A stretch of DNA of 64,000 nt, from NCBI GenBank assembly GCA_963841135.1, contig CAWJBJ010000005.1, positions 355,062 to 419,061 on the forward strand. Direction: 5' to 3'. Below the pieces are notes generated by a model, which saw only the letters and a list, made by a program, of their open reading frames with translations, searched no databases and was not told where the DNA came from. Numbering within the stretch: the first letter of the stretch is position 1; each line of letters starts with the position of its first letter. This stretch comes from an uncultured Chloroflexia bacterium. Its GTDB lineage: Bacteria > Chloroflexota > Limnocylindria > Limnocylindrales > CSP1-4. This document shows positions 50,878-64,000 of this stretch, one piece after another. A program made the translations under genes and the position numbers.

Positions 50878-51740
50878 CGAACGCGGAAACCCGCGTCGAA
50901 AGTCCCTCGGATCGCCGCATTGCGATCCCCGAAGGCGAACGGCAATACCACATCGGTCTCGGCCCGGGGGAACTGGCCGAGTACATCCTCCTCCCCGGTG
51001 ACCCCGATCGGACCGCCCGCATCGCGACGCGATTCGATTCGATCGAGCTGGAGCGGAGGCATCGCGAGTTCTCCACGGTCACCGGCCGATATCGCGGTCA
51101 ACGCGTGTCGGTCGTGGCCACGGGTATCGGAACGGACAACGTCGAGATCGTGGTGGCGGAGATCCTGGCCATCACGACCCGCCCGACCTTCATCCGGGTC
51201 GGCTCCTGCGGGGCGCTCCAGCCGGAGATGCAGCTCGGCGATCTCGCCATCACGACCGGAGCCGTCCGCCTCGAGGCGACCACGAGCTTCTTCGTCCACG
51301 ATGGCTACCCGGCGGTCGCCGATTACGAGGCGGTCGCGGCACTGATCGAGGCGGCGGCTCGGCTGGGCTACCGCTACCACGTCGGGGTGACGGCCACGGC
51401 TCCGGGCTTCTTTGGTGCGCAAGGGCGCCCGATCCCGCAGCTACCTATCCGCTACCCTGACCTTGCAGAGGAGATGGCGCGCCAGCGCGTCATGAACTTC
51501 GAAATGGAGGCGTCGGCACTCCTCGTGCTCGCCACCCTTGCGCGCTGTCGAGCCGGTGTCGTCTGTGCGGTGTATGCCAATCGGACGACAGGCGAGTTCG
51601 TCAGCGGTGATGCCAAGGACGCGGCCGAGGCGGCGTGTGTCGAGACCGGGCTCGAGAGCCTGCTCGTCCTCGCCGAGATGGATCGCCAGAAGCAAGACGC
51701 CGGGACGGATCGCTGGCGACCGTCCCTCTGGCACGGTTGA
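50874..51740 (+). CDS. udp: Uridine/nucleoside phosphorylase
   Basis: QYHIGLGPGE, LLPGDPDR, ATGIGTDN, FIRVGSCGALQ, FFGAQGR, NFEMEASAL. Confidence 0.85.
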   Translation: MPNAETRVESPSDRRIAIPEGERQYHIGLGPGELAEYILLPGDPDRTARIATRFDSIELERRHREFSTVTGRYRGQRVSVVATGIGTDNVEIVVAEILAITTRPTFIRVGSCGALQPEMQLGDLAITTGAVRLEATTSFFVHDGYPAVADYEAVAALIEAAARLGYRYHVGVTATAPGFFGAQGRPIPQLPIRYPDLAEEMARQRVMNFEMEASALLVLATLARCRAGVVCAVYANRTTGEFVSGDAKDAAEAACVETGLESLLVLAEMDRQKQDAGTDRWRPSLWHG

Positions 51741-51835
51741 ACACTCGGAGCCCAAGCGAACCCAACCCACGCGAACACCGGTAGCCCAGGGCGGATGCGA
51801 GACGAAGGCTCTCGTGACGCTCCAACAGGACTTAG

Positions 51836-53284
<1,449 letters not shown>

Positions 53285-53290
53285 CCCGAC

Positions 53291-56799
<3,509 letters not shown>

Positions 56800-56803
<4 letters not shown>

Positions 56804-57537
56804 GGTGGGCCGTCGCGATCCTCCTCGGGGGGCTGGTGTGTGGCGCGTGCGGCTCGTCCGGGGCTGCTGATGACCCGAGCGACTTCGTCGAGCTCCCCGG
56901 GCTCGGCTCGACGAGGATCGACATCCCGCGTCCCACGAGCCCGTCGACGTCGACCTGCGCAGCCGACGGCATGCCCACGAAGTCGGACGACTCCGTGGCG
57001 GAACGGGTCGCGGCGCTTCGTGCCACCGGCTGGTTCGCCGATCGAGCCGCTGCGACGGACGAAGCCGTCGCAGCCGATGTCATGGCCTCGATCGAGGAGG
57101 CGTGGGGGAGCCAGGTCACCCCGGACGATCCGCTGATCGACCTGTTCGTCGCCGAGCAGGACCATGACCGCGTCTGGTGGCGGGACCTCGAAGCCGACGT
57201 GACCGAGGACAACCGCGTCTATGAGACGACCATCGCGGAATGGGGTGCGATCTCGGTGGGATCGTTCGATCCGACGGACATCACCGAGGCATGGGATTCG
57301 TTCGACGGGCCGGTGACCGTGACCTTCGAGATCGATGGGGTCGAGCGGACGCTGCGACCTGCCGTTCTCGAGGACTGGATCGACCTCGGCATCCTGGTCG
57401 GCATCAATGACCTGATCGCGTCATCGGGCCGCCGGTTCGAGTCATACCGGGCATTCGACCAGACGGCCTTCGTCGTCGCGGTCACGGCCGATGAACGTCG
57501 CGCCCTCGAGAGCGAACGCGGGTGGTGCTTCGAGTAG
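56800..57537 (+). CDS. Hypothetical acidic lipoprotein
   Basis: GTG start overlapping the upstream stop; lipobox VCGAC-GSS; acidic Trp-rich domain. Confidence 0.65.
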
Positions 57538-57545
57538 GAATCCGA

Positions 57546-57569
57546 ACGCCCCGGCCGTGACCGGGGCGT
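57546..57569. terminator. Hairpin between convergent genes
   Basis: ACGCCCCGG-CCGTGA-CCGGGGCGT. Confidence 0.6.
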
Positions 57570-57592
57570 CGAGGTTCGCGCGGGCGTGTCGG

Positions 57593-58279
57593 CTACTTGG
57601 CGGTCGCCTTCTTCGCCTTCGGGGCCGCCTTCGCGGTCGCCTTCGGCGGGGTCTTGGCGGCGGTTGCGGCCTTCTTCGGGGCTGCCTTCGTCGCGCCCTT
57701 CTTGGCCGCGGCGCCCTTCGTTGCGGCGCCCTTGGCTGCGCCCGCCTTCGCGGGAGCGGCCTTGGCCGGCGCTGTCTCGGCGGCGCTCGACGCCGCGGCC
57801 TTCGCGGCGGCGGCCTCGGCGCGAGCCGTCTTGCTCAGCGCGGCGCGGGCCTTGCCGGCGGCGGTCTGGGCGCCCTTGGCCTTGCCGGCCTTGCCGGCGG
57901 CGATGCGGGCCTTCGCGGCCTTCTGGGCGGCCATCTTGCCGGTGGACTTCGTCACGTGGCCGCCGGCCTGGACCTGCGCGCCCCCGAGGGCGGCATTGAT
58001 CTTGCGGGTGAGGCGCGACTTGCGGCGGGCTGCGGCGTTCGCATGGATCGCGCCCGCCTTCGAGGCGCGATCGAGCGCGCTGAGGGCGTCGATGAGCGCG
58101 GCTGTCGCATCGTCCGCGGACGCGGCGGGACCGGCGGCGACGGCGAGCGCCTTCGCGACGAACGTCTTCGCGGCACTGCGGCGCGGCTGGAGGACTTCGT
58201 GGCGGCTCGCGGCCTGGCGGACTCGCTTGAGTCCTGACGGCGTGCGAGCTCCCGTCCAGGTGCGGGGCGTCTTGGCCAA
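57593..58279 (-). CDS. rpsT: 30S ribosomal protein S20 with about 130-aa Lys/Ala-rich C-terminal tail
   Basis: SGLKRVRQAASRH..RRSAAKTFVAK, ALDRASKAGAIHANAAARRKSRL (S20 signature), then low-complexity tail; located near lepA and holA, as commonly seen. Confidence 0.85.
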   Translation of the reverse strand: MAKTPRTWTGARTPSGLKRVRQAASRHEVLQPRRSAAKTFVAKALAVAAGPAASADDATAALIDALSALDRASKAGAIHANAAARRKSRLTRKINAALGGAQVQAGGHVTKSTGKMAAQKAAKARIAAGKAGKAKGAQTAAGKARAALSKTARAEAAAAKAAASSAAETAPAKAAPAKAGAAKGAATKGAAAKKGATKAAPKKAATAAKTPPKATAKAAPKAKKATAK

Positions 58280-58419
58280 GGTGGGCTGACCTCAGGTGTT
58301 CGGATGATCGACGGCATGGCGGCGCTGGGATGGGCGCCTGGCGCGAAGCGGGATGGTAGCACAGCTCGGTCGGCGGACTCCTCCCGCGGTCGAGGCCCGG
58401 ACCCGCCACACTGCCCCGC

Positions 58420-59349
58420 GTGACCGCGATCCTGGGGGGCCTGGCCGCCGCCGCACTGTGGGGCGCCGCCACGCTCGCCTCCTCCCGTTCGAGCCGGATG
58501 CTCGGGTCGCGCGTCGTGCTGGCCTGGGTGATGGTCATCGGCTGCCTGGTCGGGCTGCCGCTCGCCTTCCTGGAGCCGCCGCCGACAACGGTCGAGCCAG
58601 GCACGGTCGTGCTGGTGCTCGTGGCCGGGTCGTGCTACGTCGCCGGCCTGGGCCTCGTGTATGCCGCCCTCCAGATCGGCAAGGCCTCGATCGTCGCACC
58701 CATCGTCGCGACCGAGGGGGCCATTGCAGCGCTCATCGCGGTCCTCCTCGGCGACCCGATCGGCCTCGCTGCCGGGGCGATGCTCGCGGTGATCGCCGTC
58801 GGCGTCGTGCTCTCGTCCTTCGATCGGGGAACGACCGACGTCGCCGCCGGCGACACGGGTCTCGTCGCTGACGCGCTCGACGGGCCGCCGGTCCCCTCGG
58901 CGATGTCGCACACGCCGCCGGTCCTACCCGGCGACGCCCGGAAGAGCGCGTTGCTGGCGATCGCCGCGGCGCTCGTCTTCGGCGTCGGCCTCTACTGCAG
59001 CGGCCGGTCGGCGGCCGTGCTGCCGGTCGCCTGGGTAGCGCTGAGCGCCCGCGTCGTCGGCGTGGTCGTCATCGCCCTGCCGCTCCTGCTCAGTGGTCGG
59101 CTCCGGCTCACGCGCGCCGTCTTCCCGCTGGTGGTCATCTCGGGCGTCGGCGAGATCCTCGGCTCGATGGCGTCGGCCTGGGGCGCCCGCGAAAGCATCG
59201 CGATCGTCGCCGTCCTCGGCTCACAGTTCGCGGTGATCGTCGCGGTCGTCGCGTTCCTGCTGTTCGGCGAGCGACTGGGCCGGGCCCAGGTGGTCGGTGT
59301 CGCCCTGGTCGTGATCGGCGTCAGCGCACTCGGGGCGATCCAGGCCTGA
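58420..59349 (+). CDS. DMT/EamA-family transporter
   Basis: AAALWG, YAALQIGKASIVAPIVATEG, FLLFGERLGRAQVVG. Confidence 0.85.
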   Translation: MTAILGGLAAAALWGAATLASSRSSRMLGSRVVLAWVMVIGCLVGLPLAFLEPPPTTVEPGTVVLVLVAGSCYVAGLGLVYAALQIGKASIVAPIVATEGAIAALIAVLLGDPIGLAAGAMLAVIAVGVVLSSFDRGTTDVAAGDTGLVADALDGPPVPSAMSHTPPVLPGDARKSALLAIAAALVFGVGLYCSGRSAAVLPVAWVALSARVVGVVVIALPLLLSGRLRLTRAVFPLVVISGVGEILGSMASAWGARESIAIVAVLGSQFAVIVAVVAFLLFGERLGRAQVVGVALVVIGVSALGAIQA

Positions 59350-59388
59350 CCGCCTCCCGGTCATCCATCCCCGCTACACTCCCGCCCC

Positions 59389-59439
59389 GTGACCATCCCG
59401 CAGGACCGCCTGCGCTTCCGTCCACATCGATCATCGCCC
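59389..59439 (+). pseudogene. Degenerate duplicate of the lepA 5' end
   Basis: GTGACCATCCCGCAGGACCGC matches lepA 59941-61 at 19/21 nt; TCGATCATCGCCC (59427-39) is identical to lepA 59974-86; preceded by TACACT-N8. Confidence 0.6.
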
Positions 59440-59512
59440 CGGCCCGGGCGGCGATCAGGCCCGATTCCCGGCATGATCCGAACGAGGCCGAACAGGGCCT
59501 GGAGGCTCCAAC

Positions 59513-59944
59513 GTGCACATCCGACGACTGTCCTTCATGGGCGTACAGGCCAATTCCTTCGATGCGATGGCGGTCTTCGTGCGAGATGTCCTGGGGCTGA
59601 AGACCGGACATCGGGATGACGGCTGGGCGGTCTTCCACCTCGAATCAGGGGACCGAGACCTGGTCGAGGTCTACCGTCCCGGTCGATACGACGAGCGTCT
59701 TCTCCCCGCCACCGTGACCGGACCCACTGTCGCATTCGCCGTCGACGACCTGCCTGCTGCCCGAGACGAGCTCGTCGCTGCGGACATCGAGATCGTGGCG
59801 GATATCGTCTGGGCGGCCGACGCATTCGACGACCCGCAGCTCGATGGCTTCGGCTGGCTGTTCTTCCGCGCTCCCGACGGCCACGTCTACGCGCTTCAGC
59901 AGGACCATGGCCCAACGGCCCCGACGGACCGAGGCGACGCTTGA
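59513..59944 (+). CDS. VOC/glyoxalase-family protein
   Basis: RBS GGAGG; [40 protein letters not shown]. Confidence 0.85.
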   Translation: MHIRRLSFMGVQANSFDAMAVFVRDVLGLKTGHRDDGWAVFHLESGDRDLVEVYRPGRYDERLLPATVTGPTVAFAVDDLPAARDELVAADIEIVADIVWAADAFDDPQLDGFGWLFFRAPDGHVYALQQDHGPTAPTDRGDA

Positions 59945-61752
59945 CGATCCCGCAGGACCGCTTCCGCAACTTCTCGATCATCGCCCACATCGACCACGGC
60001 AAGTCGACCCTCGCGGACCGGCTGCTGGAGATGACCCACACGATCGATGCCCGGCAGATGACGAGCCAGGTCCTCGATTCGATGGACCTCGAGCGCGAGA
60101 AGGGCATCACGATCAAGGCCCGCTCCGCCCGGCTCGAGTACACCGCGAACGACGGCCTCGTCTACGGGCTCAACCTCATCGACACGCCCGGTCACGTGGA
60201 CTTCGCCTATGAGGTCAGCCACAGCCTGCAGGCCTGTGAGGGCGCGATCCTCGTGATCGATGCGACCCAGGGCATCGAGGCGCAGACGCTGGCGAACGTG
60301 CATCTCGCCATGCGCGAGAACCTCACCCTGATCCCGGTCCTCAACAAGATCGACCTGCCCTCGGCCGACCCGGCCACGATCATCGATGAGCTCGAGAACG
60401 TCCTGGCGATCCCTCGCGAGGAGGTCATCCTCGCCTCGGCGAAGGACGGGACGGGTGTCCCCGAGATCCTCGAGGCGATCGTCGCGCGGATCCCGGCGCC
60501 GAAGGGCGACCCCAAGGGACCGCTGCAGGGCCTGATCTTCGACAGCCACTACGACGCCTACAAGGGCGTGATCGTCTACGTCCGCCTCGCGCAGGGAACG
60601 ATCCGCGACGGCGAGCCGATCCGGCTCATGGGGAGCGGGGTCACCGCCGAACCGCTCGAGCTCGGCGTCTTCCGCCCGCAGCTCGTCCCGGTCAGACAGC
60701 TGGTTGCGGGCGAGGTCGGCTACGTCGCGACGGGACTCAAGAACGTCCGGGAGGCCCAGGTCGGCGACACCGTGACGAGCGCGACCCGGCCCGCCGCGAC
60801 CGCGCTGCCGGGCTACCAGCCCGCGAAGAGTCTCGTCTTCGCGGGCATCTATCCGGTGTCGGGCGAGGACTACCCGCTGATGCGCGACGCACTCGAGAAG
60901 CTGCACCTCAACGACGCGAGCTTCACGTACGAGCCCGAGAGCTCGGTGGCCCTCGGCTTCGGGTTCCGCTGCGGGTTCCTCGGCATGCTCCACATGGAGA
61001 TCGTCCAGGAGCGCCTCGAGCGGGAGTTCGACCTCGACTTGATCGCCTCGGCGCCGTCGGTCGAGTACCACGTCATCCTGACCAACGGCCGCGGCCAGGT
61101 CGTGGTCGACAACCCGGCCCTCCTCCCGAATCCGAGCGAGATCGAGGTGATCGAGGAGCCGTGGGTCACGCTCAGCGTCGTGACGCCGTCGGGCTACATC
61201 GGGCCGCTGATGGAGCTCTCGACGAACCGGCGCGGCACGTTCGTGAACATGGAATACCTCGATCCGACGCGCGTCGTGCTGCACTTCGAGATGCCGCTCG
61301 CGGAGCTGATCGTCGACTACTTCGACCAGCTCAAGAGCCGCAGCCAGGGCTACGCGTCGATGGACTACGAGGAGCTCGGCTACCGGCCGGCGAACCTCGT
61401 CAAGGTCGACATCCTGGTCAACGGCGAGCCGGTCGACGCGCTCTCGCTCATCGTCCATCGCGAGCGGGCACCCTCCATCGGGCGGCAGCTCGCCGAGCGC
61501 CTCAAGGAGCTCATCCCGCGCCAGATGTTCGAGATCCCGATCCAGGCGGCGATCGGCTCGAATGTCGTGGCGCGCGAAACCGTCCGCGCGATGCGAAAGA
61601 ACGTGCTCGCCAAGTGCTACGGTGGCGACATCACGCGCAAGCGCAAGCTGCTGGAGAAGCAGAAAGAGGGCAAGCAGCGCATGAAGCGGGTGGGTTCCGT
61701 GGAGATCCCCCAGGAAGCGTTCCTGGCGATGCTCCGGATGGGCGAGGGGTAG
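59941..61752 (+). CDS. lepA: Translation elongation factor 4
   Basis: [60 protein letters not shown]. Confidence 0.98.
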   Translation: MTIPQDRFRNFSIIAHIDHGKSTLADRLLEMTHTIDARQMTSQVLDSMDLEREKGITIKARSARLEYTANDGLVYGLNLIDTPGHVDFAYEVSHSLQACEGAILVIDATQGIEAQTLANVHLAMRENLTLIPVLNKIDLPSADPATIIDELENVLAIPREEVILASAKDGTGVPEILEAIVARIPAPKGDPKGPLQGLIFDSHYDAYKGVIVYVRLAQGTIRDGEPIRLMGSGVTAEPLELGVFRPQLVPVRQLVAGEVGYVATGLKNVREAQVGDTVTSATRPAATALPGYQPAKSLVFAGIYPVSGEDYPLMRDALEKLHLNDASFTYEPESSVALGFGFRCGFLGMLHMEIVQERLEREFDLDLIASAPSVEYHVILTNGRGQVVVDNPALLPNPSEIEVIEEPWVTLSVVTPSGYIGPLMELSTNRRGTFVNMEYLDPTRVVLHFEMPLAELIVDYFDQLKSRSQGYASMDYEELGYRPANLVKVDILVNGEPVDALSLIVHRERAPSIGRQLAERLKELIPRQMFEIPIQAAIGSNVVARETVRAMRKNVLAKCYGGDITRKRKLLEKQKEGKQRMKRVGSVEIPQEAFLAMLRMGEG

Positions 61753-61761
61753 ACGCCGGCC

Positions 61762-62517
61762 GTGGACGACTTCTTCGGCTGGGCCCGCGGCCTCATCACG
61801 ATCGGACTGACGCTGCTCCTGGCGATGCTGCGCCTCGACGCCGAACGCTTCGGGACGGCCGAGTACTACGAAGCGACGCGCGATGGCGAGCGACCCAAGG
61901 TCCGCCGCCGGATGGCCTGGTACGCACTGGGCATCGGCATCGCCATCGCGATCCTGTTCGTCCACCCCGCTCCGCAGCGCGACCTCTTCCTCGGCTCGGG
62001 CGACCGGCTCGGGGCGGTCATGGGCGGGCTCGCCTACGGCCTCGCCGGCGTCGCATTCGCGATCGCCTTCGCCACCGTGCGCTACCACCGGATCCGCTTC
62101 CCGGAGACGTGGTCGTACCCGGGCGCGCTCCTGAACTCGACGACCACGGCATTCATCGACGAGGCCGCGTTTCGCGGCGCCCTCTTCGGCCTGCTGCTCA
62201 GCACGGGCCTCGACCCGACCGTCTCGAACCTGGTCCAGGCGCTCCTGTACACGCTCACGACGCGGCTCGGGGCTCCGGGCCGGGACCGCTATCTGTTGCT
62301 GATGGCGCTCGCGACCGGGCTGGTCGGCGGCTGGCTGACCGCTGCGACGGGCGGGATCGCGGCGGCGTTCCTCGGCCACGCCATCACCCGATTCGCGGTG
62401 TTCCTGTGCACCGGGCATGCCGGGCAGACGAAGCCGCGCGGCCGCGAGGAGGAGGAGATCGAGAAGCGCCGCCGGACGCCAGAGGGCTGGCGGGTCATCG
62501 GGTCGCGAGAGCGATGA
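61762..62517 (+). CDS. CPBP (CAAX/Abi) intramembrane protease-like protein
   Basis: Multi-TM; FIDEAAFRGALF (EExxxR variant with DE), GIAAAFLGHAITRF. Confidence 0.65.
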   Translation: MDDFFGWARGLITIGLTLLLAMLRLDAERFGTAEYYEATRDGERPKVRRRMAWYALGIGIAIAILFVHPAPQRDLFLGSGDRLGAVMGGLAYGLAGVAFAIAFATVRYHRIRFPETWSYPGALLNSTTTAFIDEAAFRGALFGLLLSTGLDPTVSNLVQALLYTLTTRLGAPGRDRYLLLMALATGLVGGWLTAATGGIAAAFLGHAITRFAVFLCTGHAGQTKPRGREEEEIEKRRRTPEGWRVIGSRER

Positions 62518-63761
62518 ACGGCGCGGGGCGCAGCGGGGTCACGGCCACCACCCGGCCGCCCGTCGCGCTCTACGTCCACATCCCGTTCTGCGTCTCGCTC
62601 TGTCCGTACTGCGACTTCGTGGTCTATGCGGGCTCGGCCGCGCGCGGACCGCGCGCCCGGGTGGACGCGTTCGTCCCGGCCCTCGAGGCCGAGCTGGACC
62701 TGCGGGCCGATGCCCTCGACGCGTCCTACGGCCGGGCGCGACCCGCCCTCGAGACGCTGTACCTCGGCGGCGGGACGCCGTCGCTCCTCGAGACCGACGT
62801 CATCGCCTCGCTCGTCGACCGGATCCGCAGGCGCTACGGCCTCGCCGACGATGCCGAGGTCACGCTGGAGGCCAATCCTGGCCCCGACGAACGCGGCGAT
62901 GCCGCCGGCTGGGCGAAGGCCGGGATCACGCGCCTGTCCATCGGGGCGCAGTCGCTCGATGACGGGCAGCTCCGTCGCCTCGGCCGTCGCCATCAGTCGC
63001 GCGACGTCGCCGATGCGGTCGCCGAAGCCCGGCGGGCGGGGATCGGGTCGGTCAGCCTCGACCTGCTGTACGACGTGCCGGATCAGAGTGTCGCCGGCTG
63101 GATGGCGACGCTGGACGCGGCGCTCGATCTCACGCCGGACCACCTCTCGCTGTACGCCTTGACCCTCGACGACCCCGACGCCGAGGGCTTGACAGGCCCG
63201 GATGGCGACCACCTGCCGACCGCGGTCGGCGCGCGTCGCTGGCGCGAGATCGCCGCCCCGGCGCAGAACGAGGACCGCGCGGCGGCGCAGTACCACCACG
63301 CGGTGGTCCGTCTGGCGGAGGCCGGCTTCCGGGGGTACGAGATCAGCAACTGGGCGCGGCCGGGGCACGAGAGCCGGCACAACCTGACCTACTGGGAGCG
63401 ACGGTCGCACGAGGCGGTCGGCCCGGGGGCTCATGCCTTCGACGGGGCGACGAGGCGCTGGAACGCGGCCCGGCTCGACGGGTACGTCGGCGCTCTCACG
63501 CCGCCCGACGGCTCTGCCCCACAGCTCCCGCCGGGCGGTTCCGAGCCCATCGATCTCGGCGCCGCGGCCGCCGAGCAGCTCATCCTGGGCCTGCGGCTCG
63601 ACACGGGCATCCCGTTGGCCGCGTCACGGGAGCCGCCCCTCGCGGAGGTGTTCGGCTGGGCGCTGGCGGCGGAGCTGCTCGATGTCACGACCGACGAGCG
63701 GGTCATCCTCACGACCCGCGGGCGTCTGCTGTCCAACGAGCTCTTCGCCCGCCTGGTCTGA
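62514..63761 (+). CDS. hemW: Radical SAM heme chaperone HemW (HemN-like)
   Basis: LYVHIPFCVSLCPYCDF, YLGGGTPS, RLSIGAQS, YEISNWARPGHESRHN; lepA-hemW-hrcA synteny. Confidence 0.9.
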   Translation: MNGAGRSGVTATTRPPVALYVHIPFCVSLCPYCDFVVYAGSAARGPRARVDAFVPALEAELDLRADALDASYGRARPALETLYLGGGTPSLLETDVIASLVDRIRRRYGLADDAEVTLEANPGPDERGDAAGWAKAGITRLSIGAQSLDDGQLRRLGRRHQSRDVADAVAEARRAGIGSVSLDLLYDVPDQSVAGWMATLDAALDLTPDHLSLYALTLDDPDAEGLTGPDGDHLPTAVGARRWREIAAPAQNEDRAAAQYHHAVVRLAEAGFRGYEISNWARPGHESRHNLTYWERRSHEAVGPGAHAFDGATRRWNAARLDGYVGALTPPDGSAPQLPPGGSEPIDLGAAAAEQLILGLRLDTGIPLAASREPPLAEVFGWALAAELLDVTTDERVILTTRGRLLSNELFARLV

Positions 63762-63855
63762 TCCCCCGGACGCAGGGCTGCCCTGGACGCCGCGCCGGCA
63801 CCCCGCCACCGCGTCACTTCGTGCTCACGGACGGTCCGTCTCGGCCCAGGCGACG

Positions 63856-63885
63856 TTGACACTCGGGAGGGCTCGCTGCTACGAT
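63856..63885 (+). promoter_or_regulatory. Sigma70 promoter of the hrcA heat-shock operon
   Basis: TTGACA (63856-61), 18 nt, TACGAT (63880-85). Confidence 0.8.
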
Positions 63886-63897
63886 GCCAGCACCTCG

Positions 63898-63924
63898 TTA
63901 GCACTCTCCGGGTGAGAGTGCTAA
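63898..63924. promoter_or_regulatory. CIRCE element (HrcA operator)
   Basis: Perfect TTAGCACTC-N9-GAGTGCTAA. Confidence 0.97.
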
Positions 63925-63946
63925 CCACGTTGGGAGACCGACCCTG

Positions 63947-64000
63947 GTGCGACGCAGCCGCCCTATCGGCCCCCTGGACCTTCGCGCACAGGCGATCCTT
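63947..64000 (+). CDS. hrcA: Heat-inducible repressor HrcA, N-terminus (truncated by window end)
   Basis: GTG frame VRRSRPIGPLDLRAQAIL follows CIRCE; L..R...IL resembles the HrcA start. Confidence 0.7.
   Translation, partial: MRRSRPIGPLDLRAQAIL

Overview
A very GC-rich bacterial chromosomal window. A Gram-positive-type LexA box (GAAC-N4-GTTC), CIRCE, an imuA-imuB-dnaE2 mutasome, a DUF5679-like protein and pervasive leaderless promoters point to Chloroflexota, possibly Ca. Limnocylindria (inference). Many genes, including essential leuS and holA, are broken by single-base indels, most likely long-read errors, so coordinates of frameshifted genes are stitched by eye and approximate. Gene order: rsfS (end), Zn-finger, holA/HD/comEC/comEA, RraB-like, alpha-glucoside ABC-GH13-LacI cluster, DUF3500, a CGNR/ABATE regulator divergent from two small proteins and a three-repeat lectin, LLM oxidoreductase, WapI-like orphan, leuS, tRNA-Ala(GGC), ECF sigma/anti-sigma pair, D-aminoacylase, M48/YgjP, REC-EAL protein, kinase/Tat protein/GMC oxidoreductase, RDD, RidA, DHFR-like, tRNA-Ala(CGC), DMT, two-component system, LexA-controlled imuA-imuB-small ORF, TetR/DUF4260, GYD, GH18, LexA-controlled dnaE2, a large LTD plus multi-OB-fold surface protein, udp, DUF5679, gap-pgk-eno, rpsT, DMT, VOC, lepA, CPBP, hemW, CIRCE and the hrcA start. 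No CRISPR array, integrase or transposase was seen. Best leads: (1) a CGNR regulator module with two TAACC-N18-GGTTA operators over divergent promoters driving unannotated small proteins; (2) a surface protein with a lamin-tail domain, about 7 OB folds and no recognisable catalytic domain, upstream of udp, whose RBS and start codon sit in a long RNA stem; (3) histone-H1-like Lys/Ala tails on both Pgk and S20; (4) a split mutasome with a duplicated LexA promoter; (5) a relic copy of the lepA 5' end upstream of an inserted VOC gene.
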